This document shows positions 23,811 through 35,420 of a DNA stretch of 46,325 nt, piece by piece. Within the stretch, counting starts at the first letter, position 1. Each line of letters opens with the position of its first letter. Both the position numbers and the translations under genes were made by a program. Below the pieces are notes generated by a model. The model was not told the DNA's origin. It saw only the letters and a list, made by a program, of their open reading frames with translations, and did no database searches. This stretch comes from Euprymna scolopes (Eukaryota), in NCBI GenBank assembly GCA_053919585.1, contig CM132788.1; one strand, 5' to 3'.

Positions 23811-24335
23811 AACGTCAGGGGGTTCGAGGTCCGTTATAGAAGCGTTGATTTAATTTGAATAAAATAAAATTTGCGTCAAGTGCGCTTGAAAGCCAAATTA
23901 CAACGCAATATTAAATAAATATTTTATTACTTGTTTAAAATTTATAATTTAAACATATTTCGGAGTCAAACTCCATCCTCAGTATTTTGTACGTTTTTTT
24001 TTGTTTTTTTTTTTTTTGCCATGTTGCAATGTTGCAGAAAGAAAAGTCAGTAAAGATGCATTGTCTCTCGGTTTATTTGGAAATGCTAGAATGGCGCGTT
24101 GGCTATATGAGATTAACGTCAGGGGTGTGAGTTCCGTTATAGAAGCGTTGGTTTAATTTGAATAAAATTTTCTTTCTCCAACTTTGCAACATGGCAAAAA
24201 AAAAAAAAAAAATGTATAAATTTGACCCCGAAATATATTTAAATTATAAATTTCAAACAAGTAAAATATTTGTTTATTTTCATAATATTGTGTTGTGATT
24301 TGGATTTCAAGCGCACTTGATGTGTATTTTATTTT
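23811..24335. repeat. Direct plus inverted repeat structure, Penelope pLTR-like, with hammerhead-like motif
   Basis: Direct repeat 23811-23865 / 24115-24167; inverted repeat 23861-24045 / 24168-24335; minus-strand CTGAGGA-T-GGAGT-ttg-ACTCC-GAAA-tatgtt at 23951-23982. Confidence 0.75.
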
Positions 24336-24807
24336 AGGAATATTAATTTTACTCTCACTTACTGATCAGTTAACTAAGTTATAGTATATCTGTTTTTGGT
24401 CTCTTGATATTACTGGATTCCAGGAAAAGAATTCATCTGGTCTGGTGGAATATCTATCTTAGTGTTATTACTATAGACAACATCTTTTAGAAAACGTGCA
24501 CCAATCCTCATAAACCAGTGTAGGGTTGCCTTACTAAGGAGAAAATACCATGTTATTTTGAATATTTAGTCAGGGTTTCGTAAAAAGCATCCTCGTGCCA
24601 GGTTGTCCTGACAAACACCTGTACATAAAGACTTTAGACACACAGGTGGGATTAATTAGGCATTCAACTTTTCTCCTTTCAAAAATATGGAAAGAAATGC
24701 TGATTGGAAAAATAAGTCTAAGTTTTCAGTCACAATTCCTAACTTTGAATGAAATCAAATTAGTAACTGTTAGGGGTATGTCCAAATTTTTTAATTTTAT
24801 TCTTATA

Positions 24808-25160
24808 CTAGCACACCGCCAGTTGTTGCCCGGTCGTAAAATATGATATTTCAATTTATGCAGATTTCATATTTATCATTATAGAGCCAGTTCTTTATTG
24901 ATTATTATATTGTACCGAATATATAGTAATGATTTCAAGTTTAAAAAAAAAATATGACTTGGTGCCATTGGTTGGAATCGAAACCAAAATATTTAGTTCT
25001 CCAGCGGTATTTACTACCATCTGACCTAAGGACACATGCATACCAAAAGTTTACAAATTAATGCAGTTAAAGGCACATTTGCACATGCATACACATTAAG
25101 TAAACTTATGTCTGCAAAGTTCTAATTTTTACCTCTTAGCAGCTATTTTTTTTTTTAGCT
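24808..25160 (-). mobile_element. Helitron H3 variant
   Basis: ctag plus hairpin (ccagttgttgcccgg) at 24808 followed by the shared module; a further fragment lies at 25875-26333. Confidence 0.7.
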
Positions 25161-25199
25161 AGAAGGAAAAAAAAAAAATGATCATTGGTTGTCTCCTTA

Positions 25200-25369
25200 C
25201 AAAATCAAAAGATTCTTTGAGAACAGTTTAACGCTGTCAAAAACAGTCCTCTGTTATGGTGTGGTCCACCATCTACAAAACTTGTAAGCTTCCCCTGATT
25301 TTTGGGAACAGGGGTTAAAATCAATTCAGATCGCTACATCAACAAAATTTTGGTTATCTTGGAGAGATG

Positions 25370-25407
<38 letters not shown>

Positions 25408-25873
25408 ACACACACACTTTGAAGATCAGTCTTATCTTCCAATAAGATAGCGCGCCATCTCAAGTCAAGAAAGACTCAAGATTGTTGCTCACGTAAACTT
25501 TCCAAGATTATGGAGCAAGGAAACGTGGCTTCTCTCATCGCCTGATTTGAATCCCATGGATATTTGTGTGTGGTTGTTGTTGGAGGCAAAGACCTGTTCC
25601 ATTGCTCACCCCCCCCCCTTTAGATGCTGTGAAGCAATCGCTACAGCGGGAATGGGCCAAAATTCCCTTGCATGAGCTACGTGCATCGGTTAAAAAATTC
25701 CAGCAGAGAATTGAGAAAGTTATCCAAGTTAAGAGGGAGACCGCATTAGAAATTAAATGTTGAAATTTATTTTCAGTCTTGTAAACTATCATCGAAACAC
25801 CTTTTTGATTAAATTGTATTTATTTTTTTTATTAATCGTTTAGAAGTTGGTTCAAGGATTTTCTGCTCACCCT
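25200..25873 (+). mobile_element. Tc1/mariner-superfamily transposase pseudogene (maT/DD37D-like), 3' half with right TIR
   Basis: Frameshifted translation VMVWSTI...LPLIF..GVKINSDRYINKIL...FQ*DSAPS...W..SSPDLNPMDICVW..LE...KQSLQREWAKIP..ELRASVKKFQQRIEKVI; third catalytic residue D; TIR-like end ttttctgctcaccct. Confidence 0.88.
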
Positions 25874-26638
25874 ATGATATTTAATTTATGCAGATTTCGT
25901 ATTTATTCTTATAGACCAAATTCTCTACGGAATTGATTTCAAAAGTTTAAAAAAAAAAAAAAAGACATTGGTGTCATCAGCTGGAATCAAAATCGAAAAC
26001 ATTTAGTGCTATAGCTATAGTCATTATTTAGTGATACAGCCTTTGTCAGATCTGAGTTATCACCAGATGGATAAAAAAAAAAAAAAAGTTAAAAATTGAA
26101 CGATTTTTTAGCAAAGAAAAAAAAAATGCATATGTACGCATGCTCAGAAGTCAGTTTACTCCTGCCAAGGTCAACTGTTTTTCCAATTTTGACTACTTAG
26201 CTTTTAGTCTGTAAAATAACTCAAATGTTCCTGCGGTCTAAATACCCTGTATATCAAGTTTCAAGTCTTCGGACTAAATATTCAGAAAGGAGTTTGGTAG
26301 AGAAGTTTTGCACAAACAAGTCACTTTATATATAACCATGCCAGTATACTAGAATGTTTCCATCCTAAATTCTATGCAATTATGCATTATGTAGAAGCTA
26401 TGCATATAAAGAATTAAGTGTAATAGTTAAATGAAACCAATCATCTAATAGACCATAAAAAATGAATAATTAATAAATGAACACTCATTTTTCAAAAGGA
26501 ATATGCAAATTAACATTTATGAAGTTACTCTGATATTAATGATCGAGTATATTAAGTTTGCTTTTAAAATTTTTAGATAAAAAAAGTAAGCTTTAAATAT
26601 CAATGTCAGAGCAAGAAAAACTCAACTTTATGGGTATA

Positions 26639-27445
26639 CTAGCGAGGGTACCCGGCGTTGCCCGGTTGTTTGTAGGTGTGCGTGTGTGTAAGGGGGGGGG
26701 GGGTAAAGTAAAGAATAAGCGAAGTAATAAACCTGTTTAAATATTTAAAAAAAAAAAAAGAAACGATGTTAAACTTCGTTCAAAAATCGCAAACACCCCC
26801 CCCCCAAAAAAAAAAAACGAACAAAGGTAAAACTTCTTTAATAAAAAACAAAAATCAGGGAAATAAATAAATAAACGTGTTCGGAAAAAACAACAAAAAA
26901 ACACAGCGGAAAAAAAAAATGGCATAAATCTTTCCATTCCAGTTTTTTTTAAATTAACTACAAAACGAAATAAAGCAAAAAAAAAAAAAAAAAAAAAATA
27001 GCATAAAAATAACCCTTCGAATCGGTAAAGTCCATGGTGCATTTCACCCAGTAGAAAGCATAGAACGAAAAGAACGTTAAAATTTTATTCCCATTTTTTT
27101 TAAGCAACTACGAAGTAAAGAAAACCCAAACCGGTGTTTCTTCATAACTCCCTTGTGAACGATCCCCGCAACGGTGGTAAGTGGTGACGGGGGAAGGAGG
27201 AATTTATTAGAGAGAAAAGATTTTACTACCCGTTTTGATTTTAACCGATTTTGGCAGTGAACTCTCACCAGAAAAAATATAGGAATCTACGATCACCGAG
27301 GAAGTGGAGAGGTAATAGGCCTAGAAAACACCTCAGATATTGTGCTGTAGTTTGTGCATATTACATTTGTATGAAATGTCTTGATTTTTAATCCTATTAA
27401 GGTCAAAATCAGAGGGGGAAAAAATGAGTTCATTTTATATATATA
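26639..27445 (-). mobile_element. Non-autonomous Helitron with unique internal sequence
   Basis: ctagcgagggtacccggcgttgcccgg 3' terminus; presumed 5' end gttcatttta(ta)n resembles the H1 5' end. Confidence 0.65.
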
Positions 27446-27622
27446 TAGGGAGGATAAGTAAGATTGGAGGTTTATTATCGCCTGATATCTTTAGACTGAA
27501 ATAGTAAATTTATTGTAGCAACTCCTGGTAAATTTGTTTTCCTAAATTAAATAAAATAATATCCTGCTCTTTTTATTGAGTACTTTTGTGTAATATTTGT
27601 GTAAAAAGGCTGTAAATACAAA

Positions 27623-28104
27623 TCTCTATATATATGTTTAAAAAAATTTTGCCTGCCAAACTATTGCCAGTTTTTAATCCAAAGACATGGAACTTAATAT
27701 ATAGGGTACTTGAATCCATGCAAAACTTTATATTTGAGTTTTATAAAGTGCAAAAGAGTTCAAATTAAAGAAATGGAATTTGCCAGGTGAAGGTTGAACG
27801 ACGGCATTACGAAGATGCATGTGTAACGTAATAGCTATTGATTCACGTTTTAAATTTTAGCCTTTCAGCAAACATGTCTTCATAGCTCAGGCATTAACGT
27901 CAAAGGAAAGCAAGTCGTAAGCTAAACGACTTGGTTTTGATTCTCGGTGGTGGTGAATCCTTTTTATTTCTTTTTTTTTTTTTTTTTTTAAATCTTTTTA
28001 AATCATTACTATATATTGGGTCCAATATAATAAAGACGAAATCTGCATTAATCAAAATATCATATTTAGGCGTATTTTACAACCGGGCAATTCCAGGCGG
28101 CTTG

Positions 28105-28108
<4 letters not shown>
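27623..28108 (+). mobile_element. Non-autonomous Helitron, family H3
   Basis: Collinear with 17461-17964; A|TC start; terminal CTAG decayed to TTAA. Confidence 0.78.
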
Positions 28109-28139
<31 letters not shown>

Positions 28140-28148
<9 letters not shown>

Positions 28149-28556
28149 TGAACGTGTCTGTCTGTCTGTCTGTGTACATTTCCCTACGCAATAACTGTCA
28201 ATTTTTAGTCTATAGACTCGAAATTTGAAATACCGGGTACTGAGATTTGGGAAAATCGATGTGACGGGTGTCAGCCAGAAATTTGGCTGTTAAGGGGTCA
28301 AATTTCAACGATTTGACCTTTAAGAACTCTACCAAACTCCTCCGACAATTTTGGGTCTAGACACTTGAAATTTTAGATATAGGTTCCTTGAACATGGATC
28401 TAACTTAATAAAGTGATTTGAGCCCGAAACAATAAATTTTAAGGGGTCATAAAAAGGGTCAAAGTTTTAAAAAATTAACCATTTTTTTTGTTTTTTTGCT
28501 TTTTTTGCACAGCATACACCTCCAAACACCCGAGCAACGCCGGGCACCCCTGCTAG
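28140..28556 (+). mobile_element. Non-autonomous Helitron, family H1
   Basis: (TA)n-TAAAAGTGAACGTG(TCTG)n start; hairpin cccgagcaacgccggg and CTAG|T end; near-identical to 3692-4133. Confidence 0.88.
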
Positions 28557-29164
28557 TATAGTTATAAATTTCAAATCTTTCAAATTGGAAAGTGTTGAAT
28601 GTCCACTATCCTTCATTAAAAACCTTAAATATATGAACAGACTGTTAGCTTTCATTTTGCAAACAATAGAATGAAATATGAACTTAGTCACCGAACTTTT
28701 TCCAACATTATTGAAAAACAGTTGACATGTTTTCAGGCAGTTTATTCAGACTTTTTTTTATGTAAACAGGAGAGAGTTCAGGTTAAAAATAATACAGGCT
28801 TTTAAAACCCATACTTGTAGTTACTGTTTTCTTAAAAAGAGAAAAAAAATGGGGGGGGGGTAGTTTGTGCATTAAGATTAAAAAAAAAAAAAAAAAAAAA
28901 AAAGCTAATTTTCAGGCAAACATAAGAGATGGCGAGTCAGAAATTGGCAAGTTTTCTTAGAGTAAGAGTAGTGGTTTTACAGCTTGTCAACCTTGTTGGT
29001 TTATAAAGAAAATAAAACCTGATCACGAGAGACTGAATGAGACCTATAGAAAACGAAAGGTCTCAAACTTCACAAAACGGACTAGATGTTTTCAATGACT
29101 TCCATCTTCACGGAATACCACCTCAAACAAACACTGGTTATTTTTTTTTTTTTATTATTTATTT

Positions 29165-29212
29165 ACTAGCATTTTAGCCCGACGTTGCCCGGGTGTTTGG
29201 ATGTTTATGTTG

Positions 29213-29246
<34 letters not shown>

Positions 29247-29600
29247 TGGTAGTAGGAAGGCAGGTTCGAACCCGTACCGCAAAGGAGGAAAAGAACGGGG
29301 TAAAACCTAACATTTATGCTGTTACGACCACCGCCAAACCGGAAGCGACATTTTTTTAAAATTAAGGCTAGACAATATAAAGGAGAGGATAACTTTAAAA
29401 AATATCGGCGAAAAAAGTTACCCCCCCCCTGTAGAAAAGTGTCCAGTTGAAGGTGAAGATATTAATGTTTTTAGCCAATTTTTCGATATTTGTCGTATGA
29501 AAGGTCCAACTTTAAAACGATATTGATCTTGATAAAATCAGTCGCCTCTATTGAAAGTTTAAGGCAGACATGTAAAGAGACATACATACATTTATATATT
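29165..29600 (-). mobile_element. Non-autonomous Helitron, family H2
   Basis: ctag...cccgacgttgcccggg end; collinear with the reverse complement of 34801-35246; perfect B box GGTTCGAACC at 29263-29272. Confidence 0.8.
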
Positions 29601-29639
29601 GGTAACTAAAAATTTTCGACCCAAACTGATGAAAAAGCT

Positions 29640-30045
29640 TGCCCTATCTCTGAATAACCTTTGTAAAATTTCAAATATTTAGACTAGAAATTGTCTAAGT
29701 AATTTGGAAGTGACCGCAGAGGTCAATTCTTTTTAACTTTGACCCCTATTATGACCCCTTAAAATTGATTGTTTTGGGCTCAAATAAAGTTATTAAATTA
29801 GATCCATGTCCAACGAACCTACATCTAAAATTTCAAGTGCGTAGACCCAAAATTGTCGGAGGAGTTTGGTAGAGTTCTCAAAGGTCAAATCGTTGAACTT
29901 TGACCCCTTAATCGACAAATTTCTGGCCAAAAACCGATCACATCGATTTTCCCAAATCTCAGTACCCTGTATATCAAATTTCGAGTCTGTAGACTAAAAA
30001 TTGACAGAGTTATTGTGTAGGGAAATGTACACAGACACACATATA
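29640..30045 (-). mobile_element. Helitron H1 5' portion
   Basis: Matches 3780-4085 through gggaaatgtacacagac. Confidence 0.82.
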
Positions 30046-30051
30046 TATATG

Positions 30052-30111
<60 letters not shown>

Positions 30112-30134
30112 ATTTTTTTTTTGTTCAATTTTCT

Positions 30135-31322
30135 TAATACTATTTTTGCTTGGGATGAGCATCCTATTGGATGTCAGTGCCACAATTTCAGAGACTTCAA
30201 CCAGGAGATATTTTTAAGATTTTAACTGTCCTTTTAAGTGCAATTGCACTTGGTTCATCAGATATATTCGCCAAGTAGTTTTTTTTAATTCTTTTTCAGG
30301 TTTATAGGAGTGAAGCTCATCGTATCAATGCTGGCATTCCTCAGGGTTTCATCTTGGCCCCACTCTTTTTCTGATCTTCATTAATGGTCTTCCAAACCAC
30401 ATTTTTAGATCATTCATAGACATTTATGCAGAAGGCACTACCATCCATGGCAACACTTCAAAGGGCAAGAATGACAGATCTTTCCGATTCTCTTTCTTCT
30501 GATCTTGAGTATGTGGTGTAATGATGAAAAAAGCGGCTGGTTAATATCAATGCATCTAAAAATCAAGCTTATATTTTTCCATTCTCAACGCTCTGACACC
30601 CATCTGGCCCCAATTGAAATGAATGGCTTTTGTCTTAGAGAAACCATATTTTCACAAGCTTCTAGGACTGACCTTCATTCCTGATCTTAAATTGAGCACA
30701 TACATCAAATTCGTTGCCAAGATCACCGTAAAAATGGTTGGATCATTCTACCACTCCAGTAATTATCTCACTGCCAATCTAATCCTCTACCTGTATAAGA
30801 ACCAAGTACATCCTAGGATAGAGTACTGTTGCCACATCTGGGCAGCAGCTGCTTTAAGCACCCTATACTGTGTTGACAGTTCAAAATTGGCTTCAAAACC
30901 TAATAGGCAATCTTCATTTCTTTTCCCTGCAGACGTTGCGAGCCTGTTTTTGCTCTATTCTTATTTTCATAGCAAGTGGTCGACTTAACTTCAATCTATG
31001 CCCCCCCCTACCAAACTTTCACAAAAAACACTCAACAACAATTATCAACAATTTTCCCCACTATCTGTGCCTAAATCTAAACGCAGATTCCACGAACAAA
31101 ACTTAATTCTGAGAACTGCCCGCCTGTGGAACTGTTCTGCTGACTACAGCATGGTCATCTTCAATGTAAACAAGTTCTTATTGAGCCGTCCCCTTTAAAT
31201 AATTATACACAATTTCCTCCACTAATAATTACTATACTGTTGTCATAACAACCATCCTACATGCATTAACTCTTATTCTTGAGTGGTTTTTGGGCCTTGG
31301 TAAGTGGTGAAATCCCCTGAAA
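30135..31322 (+). mobile_element. CR1/Jockey-group LINE ORF2 RT and 3' end, decayed, different subfamily
   Basis: INAGIPQGFILGP..FLIFINGLP, IYAEGTT (YADD remnant), LLGLTF, ILYLYKNQVHPRIEYCCHIWA, RTARLWN; many frameshifts. Confidence 0.9.
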
Positions 31323-31850
31323 AGAGCCCAATTGCTGCAATAATTACTGGAATAATGGAGATCATCCCAAAATTCTTTTCACGTCCTAAAACCTCGGTAT
31401 TTCGTTATCTTTTCCCACTCAATTCTGTTTAACTCAGCATCATCAGGAACATTGCTATTTGATTTATTACTTTCTTCCTCTTCACCCATATCCCCCCCTG
31501 TCCAATTGAAATGCTCCATTTTATAGGTACGCAGCTACAAGAATGTCATAGTGGATTGTATACAACTTATTTCCAACTGTTTTCTCTGGTATATGTTCCC
31601 AGGACCTGCCACAACATTTGACATTCCACTTTTTACAAAGGGTTCAGCAGAGATATTTACACACTCCATTGTGCCATCACCCAGCAGAACTTTACAGTTG
31701 GGTGTCCAGTGAGTTACAATCTACTTCTGAGTGGCAGAACCTGCACTTTGGTCATCAAATCTTGATCTTGGGCAACCATTATCCTCTCCCAATTAGTCTT
31801 GACAAGAAATAAATGGTTATTCACTAAGCCAAGTGTGAACAGGTGAATTA
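31323..31850 (-). mobile_element. Restriction-like-endonuclease non-LTR retrotransposon (R4/Dong-like) C-terminal fragment
   Basis: Minus-strand PKCRFCHSEV...HNGVCKYL..TLCKKWNVK (CCHC knuckle region), WEHIPEKTVGN...IHYD, VPDDAELNRIEWEKITKY, IIPVIIAAIG (RLE C-terminus). Confidence 0.8.
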
Positions 31851-33583
31851 TACCCGCTTACAAAACTGATTCTGACTCACTTTGCTTTCACAGAGGCCTA
31901 ACTACAATAACTTGTGCAAAACAAATCATTTGCATAACTGAACACGGCTCGCTTCACTATCCCGGATGTTTAGAATATTCATGCCAAAACACAAATCACC
32001 TTTCAATTAGTATAAGAGAGTTTCATCACTGGGCACAAAGAGCAATTCATTTTTCGTATCAGCTTCAGGATTTAATGATGAATCTATTTTAACTTATGCT
32101 GCAACTTGGATTAATTTGTTTTGTAGTTACATACTTCTCCTTTATACATAGATTGTTTGTAAATGATATTCTCTTAATGCATGAACGGGACCTTGACTAG
32201 TAATACCACTGTAGGTCATAGCTGAGCAGAGTTTAATATAACCAAAGAAGGGTAACCATATGCTTAAAGTTTTCTATAGTTGGATTTAATTTAATTTTTT
32301 TGTTTTTTTAAAAGGCAGTACTTAATTTTCTAATTTGTAAATTTCTCATACAGCAATAACTGAATTTATTTTATTTTTTCTTTGATACTTTTAGATCAAA
32401 TACTTAATTTTTTTTTTTTTAAATCTATTTTGATTCACCCGGACAACACGTTGCTACAGAGACATAAAGGAGCTACTTTGATATAGAGGCGATTTAATTT
32501 CTAAATATAGAGTTGTTTTGCTGGGAGTGAGGGGGGGGGGTTCAGATTACTACAAAAACCCATGCAAGATGTGCATATGTTTTTGCAAATGTAAAAAATA
32601 CACTTATGATTTAATGTTACTGGTAGTTTAAAATCAATATTTCATTATTAATATGAGCCATGGAAAATTAAGTTTAAAAAACGTTTTGGGCATCGAAACA
32701 TAGGCACAAGATGTTTTTGGATACAGATACCCCAAAATGTTATAATTTTTTTTTTCAATTCCTAATTCTGATTAATCGTCCCAGCACTACTATTTATATT
32801 TCTACATGTTGATAAAGTCGGATAAAAAAAAAAAAAAATGGTGTAAACTGATAAGTTTATGTACATCCTATTTCACAAAACACCAGATTTGTATTTTATC
32901 AATTATATTTATATTTTCAAAGGAGCTATTTAAATTTCAACAAGTAAAAAAAAAAGGAAGACATTTTTAGGTAAACGCCGACTTGCTTGAATCAAGGTGA
33001 CATTTAAAAGACAAAATATTTAAAATAACTTTCCATGATGACCTTTGAGACAGTTTTCAGAAATTATTTTCCAACAATATCAGACAAGAGAAAGAAAAGA
33101 ACATTTTTCTTGAGATGAAATATTGTCTTTTGATCCATTTGAAATAATCCACTGGATTTTGAAATTAAAAATATTCTAAAATATTTAAATATATTTCAAG
33201 TTTACTAAATCAGAATTAAGGGATTTTTTATGAGTACAAGAATATTTTTTGGAGAGAAAGAGAGAAGGAGGGGGGATATTCTGAGAGTCAAAGTTAGAAA
33301 TTGGCGAGAGGGGGTATTGAATCAGTGGTCTGAGCCGGCAAATTTTACAGACTTTTTTGTGACAAAAATATCCAGACACTATTTATATTTTGATGACTTC
33401 TCAGTGTGGTTTTATTCAACTAATGCACAAATATATATTCTTATAAACTTTTAAGATTTTATAAATCACATTTTTAAGGAATTTGAGATTTTTCTCTATA
33501 GATTAATTCACAGAGACACCACCTGACGTAAATAAGAACATCCTACATGTAAATTATTGTTTCAAATAATAATAATAGTAATA

Positions 33584-33622
<39 letters not shown>

Positions 33623-34212
33623 TTTTATCAAAGTGAAACTGAATGGTTAGTTCCACCATTATATCTTACGTTGCATCAGTTTGAATCTATTTGTCACACC
33701 TTTGCATTGTTCTGTCTTTCATAAACTTAAATTTCTTCTAATATACACATTAAACAATGCTCCAAGCAAACTACTTTAACCGATCGTAGATTAATTAATT
33801 TCACCAAAATATACTGACCAGATTTACCTTAGGATTACATGTATTTATCACAGATTATGACTTTATTTCTACAATCTGGTTTGATAAATTTTCAATTTTT
33901 TTTTAATGTCCACAAAATTGCAGACAGGATTGGATTGTATTTGTTAATTATGGATCCTACCTTGTTTTAAATTCCTACAATCAGTTTTTACAACTGAAAA
34001 GTCTAAGTTTTTGATTTTCATACTGTTTCCTTTACAGTAGTGGACAATTTATTTCCTATGAGAAAAATATAAATTTTCACAACTCCACGGATTAAAGAAT
34101 AACTTCTAATGCATTCCTTGCCTTTGAACATTTAACGATTTAATAAATAATGTAAAATTTTTTATCAGTCAGCTAATTTTCTTTACATACATACCTTTTA
34201 TTTTTGTTTAAA

Positions 34213-34785
34213 CTAGCAGGACCCATGCACCAGTATTGCCCGGTGAAAACCAGAAGAGATTTGGTAAAGGAACACACCAAAAAGCAAATTAAACTACGAT
34301 TGTCAGTAGGGGCCACTGCCGGCCCTGGAAAATCTGGTGGTCACTGGCAATTAGTGCTGGCTTGGGGCAATTACTTGTGGGTCTTGGTGTTTACTGCTAC
34401 CTTTGCAAGTGGAAATTAATGACGTCCATGATCAGCGTCAGCTTCTATTGGAATGCTCCTAACTGAAATTGTTTTCAACTGTCGGGCACTGCCAATTTTA
34501 TTGTGATGGAATGGGTTTACGCGTTTTTTTAAGTGACAACCAAATTGCATAAGGGACTTAAATTTTGACACAAAAATCACATAGGGTGACATCAAGGCAT
34601 AACCTTAAATCTGAATTATTGTAATGAGAATATAAAAACGTCTTGTGAAAGTGTAGCTTAATTGTGTCAGTCAGGCTGATCAGCCTTCCAAGAGATTCAC
34701 TATCATGGAAGACGGTAGCATCCTTTCCATCATCACAAGGCCAATTTAATATATTCAACCATATATATATATATATATATATACC
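34213..34785 (-). mobile_element. Probable non-autonomous Helitron with unassigned cargo
   Basis: ctagcagg...ccagtattgcccgg 3' terminus at 34213; (TA)n at the presumed 5' end; interior unique in the window. Confidence 0.5.
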
Positions 34786-34800
34786 TGCATAAAATTTATA

Positions 34801-35246
34801 TCTATAATATAAATCTCACCTGCCTGTTTAAATGTATGTTTGTATGTCTGCCTAAAACTTTGACAGAGGTGACAGATTTTCACGAGATCAGTATTTTGAA
34901 GCTCGTCCCTTCAGATGACAAATATTGAAAAATTGGTCAAAAACATTGATTCCTTCACCCTCAACTGGACACTTTTCTACAGGGAGGTTCGATTTTTTAG
35001 TCAATATTTTCGAAAGTCATTGCCTCTTTTCGGTTGTCTAGCCTTAATTTAAACGGACATCACTTCCAGTTTGGTGATGGATGCAACAGCAAACATGTCA
35101 CTTTTTTTTTTTTTCACATTCTTTTCCTCCTTCGCAGTACAGGTTTGAGCCTGCCTGCCTGCCTACCTACTACCACATTTTTTTTTTTTTTCTTTTTTGC
35201 TCAACACACCTCCAAACATCCATGCAATGCTAGGCACCTAGGCTAG
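34801..35246 (+). mobile_element. Non-autonomous Helitron, family H2, full length
   Basis: A|TCTATAATATAAATCTC ... CTAG|T canonical termini; homologs at 6502-6823 and 29165-29600. Confidence 0.82.
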
Positions 35247-35420
35247 TATAATATATATCTGAAAACTGGCAAGTCAAAAGCTGATTTGTCAGTTTAAATG
35301 CTATTTGTGTCTGACTTTAAAAATCCAATAAAACTAGTATGTTAGATATATACAAAGAAATTTGCTAATGATTATTTCTGCGTATTTTTTTTTTTATTCC
35401 AAAGTAAACACTGATTTGCA

